A stretch of DNA of 64,000 nt from Podarcis tiliguerta (taxonomy: Eukaryota), in NCBI GenBank assembly GCA_965153285.1, contig OZ229115.1, one strand, 5' to 3'. Position numbers and translations under genes: made by a program. The notes under the pieces are model-generated. The model was not told the DNA's origin. It did no database searches and was given only the letters and a program-made list of their open reading frames with translations. Of the stretch, positions 27,121-39,415 are shown piece after piece. Numbering within the stretch: the first letter of the stretch is position 1; each line of letters opens with the position of its first letter.

Positions 27121-30100
27121 TTATACGCAGACAAATAGTATTTATTTTCCCCATCATGTTCATTGCGTTAATCATACTGTAAATCACATTGTTGAAATGT
27201 TTTGAAAAACACTGTACATAACGCACAGAATTGAAATCAGTGGCTTGGCTTGCCCCTCCTCCACATTGCAGAACACTCCTGAGAGACAGGGAACCGACCC
27301 CTCTGCACAGTGTGGGATGTGGTGCAGAGGGAATCAGTATCACTTGTGACTTACACCAATTCTCCCTTGCCATTGCATCCCATACAACACAACTCATGCC
27401 AATCAGGAAGATTAATCTGTATGTGCAATATTTATCATGATTGAACAGGGGGAAAAACCTATTTGGCTTGATTATTGGCATATGGTATACACAGATTGCA
27501 CAACATAGCAGTCCGGTGGCAAAATCTGATTCTAGCTATTTCACAGTATGGCTGAGGATTTGACAGGAGGTGAAATACTCCTGTGGTTTAACAGGATTTC
27601 TTTCTTCATTCTTGAAGTCCTCACTGGCATATAAGAAGTGTGCATCATAGAGCAGGTGCATAATTCATAATCACACAACTATAAGGATAGTGTTTTGTTT
27701 TTAAAAATTTCTCCTTTCATCATCTCAAGCAACACGGCTGATAGAAGCGTGTGCAGAGGAAACATGACACAGCAACTTATTTGAGATATGCCAGTATAGA
27801 TAATATTGGAAGTGATGATCCCACTCTTGACTTTTTAGATCGTAATTAAAAATGGCAGCTTTTAATTCTGCATGCAGGACTCCTTGGTATTTTTTGAAAG
27901 AAACATTACAGGCTGAATTCTCCAACTGAGCACATCCTTTCCTCATGGTACAATTTCTGTTGTTCATGCAACACAACACGTAAGCTAGAATCTCACCGAA
28001 ATAAGCCATAGCCACTTCCTTTCTCTCCAAAGGGGCAAAACGTGATTGTTCCACAGTAAGTGAGATAAGCTTGCATGTTATGCTTCCCCTTCCTGTTTGA
28101 AGCCTGGAGTGTGGCAACAGAAGTTCTGCCACATCAATAGCAGAGGGCATTGCAGTGTGGCACCACCGCTCCTGCTCTCCAGTTGGGCTGTGTCGCTGCT
28201 GTTTACCAGGAGGCAGAGGAGTAGTTAGGCAGCAGTGAGCTGGTGCAGTGCCCAACACACCGGAGGAACCAATCCAGTTCTCCCGCCAGTGCCACTGTAG
28301 TGTGCCAGCCTCACCGCTGCCTCATTCCTCCTCTCTACCTCCCAGAAAGCAACAATGGTGAAACAAACCAGAGGTCAGGTGAGTGGTGCCAGGCCACCAT
28401 GCTGTCTGCTACTGCTTCCTAAATTATTAAAAATAATAATAATCACAACAAGAAGAACTTCAGTACGCCAGGGAGAATGTTTCTAGCCCATATTGCACAC
28501 TTAGAATGCTGAGGACTGTGAGTGTTTTATGTATTTAAAAATTGCATCTCCTACCTGCAGCCTGACGTACTAGCCCATTCTGCCACCTCATTCACATGTA
28601 ATTCTGTTGCAAGTGGACTGGTCACAGGCATGGGAATAAAGTGGCTGAAAGTAATGTGAGAGCTAAAGTTCAGTGAGCCAGGGTCTTGGTATGTCTCCTT
28701 TCCTCTTTTTTTTTTTTTTTTTTACAAAAATAACAGCATCATTTACTGTGAGCAGTACTTTCTTTGGGTTTTTTTTCTCTCCCCCCCCTCTCTCTTTCTC
28801 TGTCTTTAAATAACATTACACTTTGTGTGGGCCTTGGGCATTGAGGCAGATATTGGTGTTTCCTCATAACCAGGTCAGAGTGAAAATCGGGGTGAGGGAC
28901 ATTTAATCATATTGACCATGTACAGTCAGAGTCTACTATTATTTACCGGCCATGACATTATTATCCTCCTGCAAATCATTTAGACTGAGAAGTGAAAGGC
29001 CTTTGGGAGCAGTATTCCCAACTTCAAAAAATATGAAACAGCAGGTAGCAATCACTGCACAGTTCCTGGGAGTAATTCTTCTCTGGCAATTGCTTTGCCC
29101 TCTAATCGTACCGACCAAAAGAAAAGAGAGTGTAATGATTCGAGAACAGTGTAATGTGAACAGTGTAACTGCAGAAGAGGTATGGGTGTACATTAATGTA
29201 TATGCGCCATTCAAGAATTTACCATTACAATCCTCACAAACATATGGCGATGGTTGTATAACAACAACAGCTGTTGCTGTTGCTACTATTTAACGATTTA
29301 TTTAGCCCCAACAATGTGCTGCAATAATCATGGAATATTTGTTAGCTGGAATGCAACTCTCAATGCAGAGTATGCTAGAGTCGGCCCAATGCTGGGCTGC
29401 CTTCAACCAAATTATAGAGAAAGTAGACCACTGTGTATGACTCTGTTAAATACAGTGCACTGAAAATGGAGTTTGTGTTTGTAGTCCTTAACAGAAAAGC
29501 TCATAATATGTGAGCTACTTCTAATGGACTTTCAAACGCTACATTATAGGTTGTACCAAGGTTTTTGGGTCACTATTGAGTATGAAACACAGAAAAACAA
29601 CTCCTCATTTCTTCCTTACACATATGTGGGCACACCCAGCCAGGAAAGCCAAACAGCAGATGGTTAATTCTATATTTACAAAAGCAGCTCCTTCCGTGCA
29701 CCGGATACCCACACTATGTAGTTGTCTACATAGCTGTTTTCCAAGTTTGTGTCTGGGCTTAGGTACCGTTGTCTGACGTGAGTGCACACACGCAACCTGA
29801 GCCTTCTTGGATACAGTGAGCAGTCTCTTCCTCCACTTCCAATCTGTCCTGCATGCCCACCTCCAACTCTTGACTGCTCGGACCCATCCTCTTCTGCTTT
29901 CCTGGCTCCTGGGCGGCACCCAACCCCCAAAATCTCTGCCCCTCCTCTCCTGGGTTCACCTCCGCCCCCTTGCCTCCATCACATATTCATCAGAGTATTT
30001 CCAGTCCCTCTCAATATGTTACCTTGTGCATAACTGTTATCATGTGTACACAGAACACAGATGTGTACACTGAATTAAGAACAATCACACAGTTTTAATT

Positions 30101-33100
30101 TACTGGCTTTAGAATTTGAGATCTTATTCTTTTCCCACCTCCAGCCCACATACACAAAATTGTAGACTCCTTTGGGGGGAAAGACTAATACACCCATTAA
30201 GGAACAGTTAGATAAATTATAGCCTATACTGATCTTAATTGATAAGTTGCAGAAAATAAAAGCCTGAGTGTCGGTGATTTAATGGACCGATATCAGCATT
30301 TATATGATCTTGAGGCTTTAGTCCATTGTAATTCAAGCACAAGATTTATTTAGTACATTCTCAGATAAGATTCTGTGGCCATGATAATCTAATATAAATT
30401 TAGGCACTCATGATCTTGTTGAAATTGGGTGCTAATTTGAGGGAAGGAGATGGGCAGTATAATGTTATCTATTTGTTTTAAAGAAACTGGAAGAAAATTG
30501 TGTTCTTTGAGAACAGTAAGTGTTCAAGGGGAAATCTGCAACCGGACATTCCATTGACTTCGTCCTTTTATCAAAATTTTTGATACATACACCGATTTTT
30601 ATATAAGCTTTTCTGCCTTCCTTAAAAATAAGAATTGGGCATATTGGTCAGAATTAGGATCTCATTGTTTTGAATGGGATCAAGCACCTGCAGCTCTGCA
30701 CTGCGTTGTTGACTATGTATTTCTGTGTTTCTTGATCACAGCCTTTTTATTTATGGCACGCCTTGCTGTTTTTTGCATTTAAAGTAAATATCACTACCCT
30801 CCCTTTCCTTGCCATACACCCACCCACCCGATGCCTTCCCTCTTAAGGTTAGGTAGGCCCGCCTTCCCAAATAACCTTGCCCATTCTCGGCGCTTTAGGA
30901 AACGTGCGGCATTCGGATCCTTGAAGGAGAGCGGTTGACTTTCCTTTCAGACTACGGGGCACCAGGGTTATTGTATCTATGGAAGAAAGCATGTGTGAGA
31001 GTAATGAGCAGTGGAACGCCATTAGTATGCCTGAAATGATTTAATGAAAGCTTGGATCATGACACGTCAGGAGCTGTTCTTATCATTTGGACAGCTCCAT
31101 CTGCATCCTTAATAATTAATTAAGTTCAGGGAGAGTTCAGCTTTGCGCACTCCTTTCGAAGGGCTCCTTCAGACAACACTTCTCGGGCTGCCAGTCCCAG
31201 AGAGGAATAGGCTTCTGCTTGGCTAAGAGCAAGGATCTGCGAGATAGAAGAGCAATTTTAGAGCTTGCCTCTGCCAGGTAACAAAAGCTCCAGGGAGGAC
31301 AAACAGGGTCAGAACATGTGCAGTTCAGCTAGGTTACCTCGGAGTGGTGTTTCTGTTCTTCTGTCTTATCATATCCATGTCAGCACTTCAGGCTGTGTGG
31401 AATGAATTTTAAGCTGCTAAGCTCAATGTAATTCAATTGAGCAGCTTGATGGCTTTAATAAAACAAACAGTGCACTCTGGCAAACTCTGGTCAGAAAAGC
31501 CCACACTTTTGACTTTTTGTGTTTTGCCTCTTTTTGCTTTAATATAATTCAAGGAGGTTCGAGGTTGGTTAGACTTGTCATTTGTGTTGAGCTCCTGAGA
31601 GAGATTCTCATGAGCCTTAGGAATCGCCTGCAGGAAGATGACTGACCCAAAGCGTTCTGGATGTGGTTCTGTTTCATGAATAGGGAAACATATGATCTCT
31701 AAAGAGATGACATTACTTCTCCTTAGTGATACTGTCCATCCAAGACAAAGCAACTTTATAGGCATTGGGATTTCATCCATTGGTCAAAGTATTGGCAAAT
31801 CCTCAGTGTGAATAATGGAAGTTTTAGAAATTTAGGCATAGTTCTTGTGCTGGCGGTATGGAGAGGGATGTCAATACTTTATGCTTACCACAGCCTAGAA
31901 AAATGAATTCACCATAATGTGATAAAATTCTGTGATTCAAGTACACGTTTCCATAGCTGCAGATGCTATGTCAGCAACACACCATTCACTTGTTTATTAG
32001 TTTGGTTTATCTTCATTTGTATGCCACTATTTGATTATTCAGAGTGACATATAGCAAATTAAAACGACCACTTATGGTGGAAGCAGGAGAACTGAAACTA
32101 ACCCTGAACTGAAACCAGTTCCCCACTACTGCCACTTAAGAGGTGATCAGCATAAAGCTGACATTGTGCCAGGTTGGGCTTATTACATCTTGGTTTTGAA
32201 AGCCTTTTCTCCATACACATTGCCTCTTCTCTGCCCCTTTCTCAATTACACCAGGAACACTTCAATCAACTGTCATTTCCCATTACATATGAACTGGGAA
32301 ACTATGGTTACCAAGTTCTCAAAACACAGCTTGAAGTTGGTTTAAGATCCTAACTTTTTCTGTACCTGGTAACCATGGTTTACCAGTTCAGGCACAATGA
32401 GAAACTATGGCTAATTAAGTGATGTCTTGCTTTAACTGCATCAAGGAAAGGGGTTGCATATGCAGGCACAAAGCTTGTTCACAATATAATATAACAAAGC
32501 TTATATCCAAAATATCACTATCCTACCCCACACCCAGTTCTACTGGTGCCTTTAATAGTGCAGTAGTAGAAATGGTTTTGTTGACTTTAGTTTACAGAGT
32601 TCATAACAGTGTATTGTTTTGGAAAATTGTGGTTTACAAAATACAGACAATATATGTATTGTGCTCTTGTGCCTGGCATTTCATGTATGGCTCTTATTGT
32701 GAGCTAGGACTAGGCATGCAGAAGTCTCCTTCTCCATGCACTTCACCCTCATTCAATAGGTCCACAGTTCTCACACCCTTTGAGAGGAATCATTAATCAC
32801 AAGAAAATTACAAGATCATTTTATAGTGTTATGACAGCAGAAATCTTTTCGTAAGTCAGTTTGAATCAATTCCTTGAAGGAATCGATTCAGTGGCTTTCA
32901 AGGCGCACACAATATTAATGTTCTTTAAGAAATTAAGCATTTAAACTGTCATATATATATCACCCAATCACACCTTACAAATATGTGTGATTTCTTAGAT
33001 AGCAATGAGAAGAATCAGGAGAGTGAGGAATAAGCAAAATATTTTCTTCATAAAAATTGCGAGTACAGGTCGTTTCTTGTGAGTGTGTGCTCTTCAACAA

Positions 33101-36100
33101 GTTCCTCTGCTCTGCCCCTTTCTGCTTTCCATGTTACATGATATTATGACAATCTGTCCGAGTTCGTTTACCCCTTGTTTAGAGGTGATTTATCTAGAGG
33201 AGATGCATTTTCCCAGAGCTCTCACCTACCATGGTGATGTTCTTACCAGGTGTTGGTGTTTAATAGCAAGAAAGTGAATACTTTTCTAATGGGTACTTAG
33301 AGCATAGGCAACCAGGACTTCTGAATATTGCTTTCACAGAGCGAACTAGTCTTCTTTGGTTTGCTTGATACTTTAAATTATATCATATTTCACAGAGATG
33401 TGGCGAACAAGTACCTCATGCTCTGTTGTCATATGTCTTAGTTACTTTGCTTTAGAACTACAGTATGTTGTATTCTTAAAGAGACTTTCGTTTTCACTTA
33501 CCATCATATTACAGGACCTTTATCAGCTGAATCAAAGTGCAGTGCTTCTTGTTCTGCCACCCTTTCTCTTTCTTTCACTTTCTACGCATAAGCAGACACT
33601 CATTTTTTTATTTTTTATATCAATCAATAAATTTTATTGTTTATAGCCAATGGCCATCACAATACAATATGAGCACAAATCACACAGCTACAAAACAAAA
33701 GACAGTTTGCTCCAGACCAGGAAAAATCTACAATGTCCAAAATTTAGGAACATTCCTTCTATTCAGCACCTCCAGGGATTGGCACTATTTAGAAATGTTG
33801 CCCTTATCTTTCTGGTTTTTATTTATGACGCTCCCCCCAAAGGATTCTACTACTTTGGGCTGATTCTTTTGGCACTTTCAACCACTTTCAAATCTGATTA
33901 GCCATCTACTGGTATGAGTAGCATGATATCATTGATCATTGACCCCAGTTATGGATAGTGTTTGCTGTCTTTGGGTGGGTGGGGGGAGAGATGTTTGCTG
34001 TAGGGCTTGCTTCATACACCATATTGGTTTCCATAGCTGATACCCACAGGGATCTGGCTGATGTTATAGCATCTATGGCAATCCTCAACTCCTGCCAGTG
34101 AGGAATGCAGTTGGAAGTAGCATAATAGTGGCCCAATTAGGGCCACTATTCCAGCACTAAACATGAATAATGAAGTCATGATCTTGGACACTCTAGTAGC
34201 AACGTAGAAAGCAAAGCTATGCCAGCAGAAATAAGAGATATTAGCATAGCAGCATGGACAACCACATCCACAGTATCCATGGAAATCTTGCACCAACACC
34301 GGTCACAGCCAGGCAATTTAGAGTGACTTCAGGGGTGCTGTGATGCTATCAAAGAAGCCATTACACCCTCCCCCCCTCCCAGTGCATGAGCATGCTTGCA
34401 GGAAGAGATATTTGTGTCTCAGAAGCATCCGTGACTCACTGGTTAGGAGGACAGCAGCTGATCCCTGCAGCCACAGGGGCATCAGCAGGATTTTGGATTT
34501 CAAGGCAGACAAAATACAGAATCCGAAGCAGCCTGAAATCATAACACTTTTTGCCAGAACCAAACAGTGCCCACTCCAGTTAAAGCAGGCAGCCAGTTTG
34601 TATAACCCAGAGTGCAGAAGGCTTGGGTATAGAAACTACAGGACGATCGCCTCACCGTCCCTTCCTCTGATAGAATGCTTAGTTAATATTCATAACAATG
34701 CACATAAAAGATGTGCGTTACTGTCTGCATAAGGGTGCAGCCATTTTGCAAGGGAGAAAAGATAGCCAATTCTGCTAGGAAGAATACACAGCAAAACAGC
34801 AAGGACAAAAAAAGAAAGCATTGTGAGCTGCCTAGTTGCTATAGAGTACAAAATAAATGCATTATTTACACTATGGCTTTACAGGGAAGTGGAAAGGGCA
34901 GTCTTTGAGTCATTGCTAATTCCTGCAGTTGCAACAGGGGATCAAACTGGCTTCAGTTTAACTCCCAGTATTGGTTGTAGTTTATTGTCAAGTAGTTCAT
35001 ATGTAAACAAGGTCATTAACATGCCGAAATTATTATTTTGCTTTGGGTGTCCCATGCTTACTATAATCAATTGTTCTTTCTCCATGATAATAACAGCACC
35101 AGCATTTGAGATGAGTTTGTTCATGTGAACCAGATTGATTTCACCTTGAGTTTCCATTCTCTTGATCTATAATGGCTTATTCAAAACCTGGCTAGTTCAG
35201 AATTCCCTTGTTTTGTTGCGCATTATTTATATCACAGGCATGTAAAGAATGCACATACAGGGCTCATTCCTATGTAATGCTTAGTTCAGTGCTATATGAT
35301 TGAGTCAGAATGAAGCCAAGCAAAACATCTGACCGCGTTCTCCCCTCCTTCCTTCTCCTTCTCTCACATGGCAAGGAGGAAGCCTGGTTGGTTGTTAAGT
35401 TCAGACCAGGGGATCTGGTTTTAAACAAGCTCTGTTAAGTTTCTTAAGTAGCCAATTTCAGACCATGGATTGTTAAGCTGTCAAGGCCAGGCTGAACACT
35501 GGTGAGTGGGTAGGGCTGTCATACGTCTGGATTTGTGGGGTGTGGGTGGGTGTCTTCCTACTTTTTAAAATATGGAAACCCTATGAGTGGGGCCCCTCTG
35601 TTGCTGCAACTGCCTCATTGGGTGCACTCCTAGGAGTAGCTGAGAAATGCAGGACTGATACACCCACATTTTCCTAACTTGTGGGTGTAGTTTTGACAAT
35701 AAAAAGTTAATTCATCACTCTGGACATTCCTTGCCTGACAGCGCCGTGACGGAAGTTGGCATGTTAAACTAACCAGAGTTTGTTTTAAAACAGGATCCCT
35801 GGCTGAAACATAAAGGCACACCGGGGTTCTTCAAAATTGAAACTAGACCCTTTCAACATGGTTCTGCTGGCAGCATTGCAGGCATGCGCAGTTGCATGAG
35901 TCCAACGCAGTGTTCATTCTGGCTCATCCACAAAGAACTAAACTTACAGGGGAACTGCCGCTCTGACTTTCCTTTCTTGGTAATTTAGTAGGAGACTTGG
36001 GTTCAGGACTCCCAACCTGAAGGGCCATTTCATAAACTAGGCAATGGCTTACCTCGTCACCACCAAGTGCACACTCAACATGGAGCAGTAGCCGGTACTC

Positions 36101-36462
36101 ACACTTTAATTTTTTAGACGGACACATGAAGCATCTTTGGTGTATATTTAAAAAGACATTGAAATATGTTTCCTAACGTTCTTTTGCAGAGGAATGTTTA
36201 ACATAAGGCAGTATGAAGAACAAATAAACTCAAACCAAAACATCAAACCAAAATGAGCAATATTACAAGTGGTTGGGCTTTGGCCATTCTTGATCTAATC
36301 TTTCTTTGCAGCCGCTTTGTGCAGACTGTTCTGTCACCAGCCCCAGAATAATTTGGAAAATAACCACTTTTTTTTTTTACTTTCTTTGTTTAGTCTAGAG
36401 CATCATCATTACCTAACTTGTTACTTGAAGTAGTTTAATTTCATTGCTATCTGTTTTGACAG

Positions 36463-36554
36463 CTGAATATTATCTTCCTGGTGATCACACTGTACAAAAT
36501 GGTGAAGCACTCAAACACTTTGAAACCAGACTCTAGCAGGTTGGAAAACATTAA
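36463..36554 (+). CDS. ADGRL2: ADGRL2 exon: TM5 and ICL3 ([30 protein letters not shown]); not in ORF track
   Basis: gacag|CTG acceptor, AA|GTAAGT donor; 92 nt, phase 0-2; translated by hand. Confidence 0.95.
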
Positions 36555-37629
36555 GTAAGTGCTTTGTGTTTGAATCAAGAACTGTGATTATTTTTTCTGA
36601 TTGTTCCAACTGATTGAAAGCTCCCCCTTTCCATTAGCAACACAAGGCTTTGTTTCCCAGCACCCACAAGTGTTAATTAGAAGTAAACAGCACCAATCCT
36701 GCTCTCGTCATATTTGTTGCTATAATGATACAGGCAACACTTGAAATTAAATAACTTCTGCTTGGAACAATGGCCAAGAATTTGTTTTGGTCCGTTCATG
36801 GAGATTCCTCAGCAATGTAGCAAGTTCATTTGCATTTAAAATGCAGCTCCCAAACGCTGTTCCTCTTTGCATGGCTGGTGTTGTTCTGCTGAGTATGTTT
36901 TGTTAAATTGTTTTCAGATGCTAGTGATTCTCAGCGGTTTTCCCATTCATAATCCCACTCCCCTAAGAGAATTTGCTTCTACTTCTTTTGTTATCTTGAA
37001 GATTATCTGTTGCTTTTCATGCAAATTTAACAAATATTTACTTTTATCCTGTGAGTACACAAGAATCACAATATTCCCCTTCTTGAAAGTAGAGCAATGG
37101 CTTAATATTCTTAATGAGAATCTTACAGTGGTGGATCATGCTTTAGGTCAGAGATAGGCAAGATAAGATTCCACTGTCCAGTTCCAGCCAAAGCATCCAT
37201 TATGTGGGTAAAGGGAAGGAACAGATTTCTGGGAGGGAAGCCTTTGGGTTGGTTGGGTGGGATAAACACTTTGGACTTACATTGCCTACCCCTGTTTTAG
37301 ATCATTCTATATTTAGACTTGTTTTGCTAGACTTAAGAGGGACAGCACTTTCCCCCCTAATCATAAGCACTCTTACTTGGAGGTCAGATCCACTGACGTC
37401 ATTGGCGCTCCCAAGTGAAATGTGCTTAGTAGTGGGCTCTTGAATTGTCTTTGAATGCAGAATATGGCAGGGGCAGATTTGCAACAAAGCTAGCATTACA
37501 AACTAGAAGTTGCTTAGATAGGTCACAATATCAGCTTCATTGCATGTTGCATGTTAAGAGAGAGAGCTAATCTTTAGCACCTCTCTTTTCTTCCTTTTCT
37601 TCCTCTTTCTGTCTTCTCATCCACACCAG

Positions 37630-37674
37630 TAATTACCGTGTTTGTGATGGCTACTATAATACGGACTTACCTGG
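37630..37674 (+). CDS. ADGRL2: ADGRL2 45-nt alternative ICL3 exon (NYRVCDGYYNTDLPG)
   Basis: Long pyrimidine tract, ccag| acceptor, GG|GTAAGA donor; symmetric phase 2; matches recalled LPHN2 ICL3 insert. Confidence 0.88.
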
Positions 37675-37995
37675 GTAAGATAGAACCCTACATTAACAAA
37701 TTTAAAGCATGACTTTTTAATTTTTATTTTTTTAAAAAAACAACACTTTACAAATTTGGACAATTTTCTGGATTGTCCATAATTTTAATTAACAACTTTG
37801 GAGATAATCTAATTTGCTAAACTATTTCCAACTATTATATGCTTTTTATTATTTTAAACTGCTTGCGTCTGCACTTTGAATTTTCTAATTTTAACTAATT
37901 TTTGTATAAAATTACTAAAAATGCTTTCTTATTAATTTCAATTTAAATTCTGTCTAATGATTTTGTTTCTCTTTTCTGCTTATAATGCTTTCTAG

Positions 37996-38022
37996 CTATG
38001 AAGATAATAAGCCATTTATCAA
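37996..38022 (+). CDS. ADGRL2: ADGRL2 27-nt ICL3 micro-exon (YEDNKPFI)
   Basis: tgctttctag| acceptor, AA|GTAAGA donor; symmetric phase 2; similar to the recalled latrophilin YEDN(K/R)PFIK insert. Confidence 0.88.
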
Positions 38023-38654
38023 GTAAGATCATTAGTTAGATGTGGAATGCACTGAATAAACCCCTTTCCCCTTCATTCTGTGCTGTCCTCTGCAATTTCT
38101 TTACCCCCCGAAACTATTCATGACAAAATATCCTTCAAAGACTTTATTTTGTGATTAAATCCATTTATTTGTCACATTTCAGTAAGGCACTTTCATATGA
38201 AAGTTAGACTATCTAGTTTAGCAGAGTCTTCAAACTTTAGGTTATCAGCTTTTGATCTGCCATTTAACTTTTGTGTATTTGTGTTATTTGTGTATGTGTG
38301 TGTCAGATGCAAGCACAGTTGTTAAAATATGGGCATCCATTAGTGGTTAAAAGAGACTTTCAAATCTCCAAATATACACGCATACATACAGATAAAGCAA
38401 AGGGGTTTCTGGACCTGGTACTAGAGCATTGCATTTTAAAATAACTACCGCTGCTGTTTTCATTGGAAACTAAAACGGAATTGCTCTTCCTATAATAGAT
38501 AAAAGGTTAAAGCCAATAATTTATAATCATATATGACTAAAAACCTAGTAAAAATAAATTGCAGCAAGTAAACTTTTAATATGCAATTTTGCAATGTGCA
38601 TTTGAAAAAACAAAACAAAACGGCAGTGTTACTTAAATTGCTTTTCTTTTTCAG

Positions 38655-38823
38655 GTCTTGGGCCCTAGGTGCATTTGCTCTCCTGTGTCTTCTGGGCCTA
38701 ACATGGTCTTTTGGACTGCTTTATGTCAACGATGAGACCATTGTGATGGCATACCTCTTCACAGTATTTAATTCTTTCCAAGGAATGTTTATTTTCATCT
38801 TTCATTGTGCACTCCAAAAGAAA
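38655..38823 (+). CDS. ADGRL2: ADGRL2 exon: TM6-TM7 ([17 protein letters not shown]...FHCALQKK)
   Basis: tttcag| acceptor, AAA|GTGAGT donor; 169 nt, phase 2-0. Confidence 0.96.
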
Positions 38824-39022
38824 GTGAGTCATTGCACATATACACTTCCTCTGTATCTCCAAAATATTTTCCAGTATTTCTTTTTAAACAAGGCATTATA
38901 TATCAATAGTGCATAGACAGGTGGAACGTAGCGCTCTGTTGTTTAACTTGTGATCCAGCTGCCAACAAAATTGCTGATTGATAGGTTACGTTTACCCATT
39001 CTTCTGCATTCTTGTGATACTC

Positions 39023-39036
39023 CCCCTAGGTGGCAG
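39023..39036 (+). promoter_or_regulatory. Candidate CTCF binding site
   Basis: CCCCTAGGTGGCAG closely fits the CTCF core CCASYAGRKGGCRS. Confidence 0.55.
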
Positions 39037-39301
39037 TGTCACAGACGAAAGTGAACACACGCCAATAATTGGGATTGTCTGGATGTAGTAAGTTCCACGT
39101 TACCATGTTCAATGTAGGGGAATTAGAGCAGAATTCTGTATGTGTCTATTCCAAAGAAGATCTCAAATGAGATCAATGGGGCTATTTTCCAGGCAACTTC
39201 TTACTAATCCTAATGCCAATGACTTGCAAGGCACTTTGGGCCATAAACTAGACATGTAAATATGCCTGTCTTTAAAAAAAACCTGCAAAGCCACTTAAGA
39301 A

Positions 39302-39415
39302 CATGGCCATAGCGGGGGGGGGGGGCAGCTCCCCCCCCCCCAATCAAATAAATCAATAAAAATACTTAACTAACAGAGGTTCTCCCCACTAACATGAAGC
39401 CTGGCTATGCCCATG
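39302..39415. mobile_element. hAT-type MITE (114 bp) with internal poly-G and poly-C arms
   Basis: TIR CATGGCCATAGC / GCTATGCCCATG; perfect 8-bp TSD CTTAAGAA. Confidence 0.88.

Noticed and set aside
27725-28258. 177-aa minus-strand ORF
   Set aside because: No recognisable domain, non-ATG start, and composition changes midway
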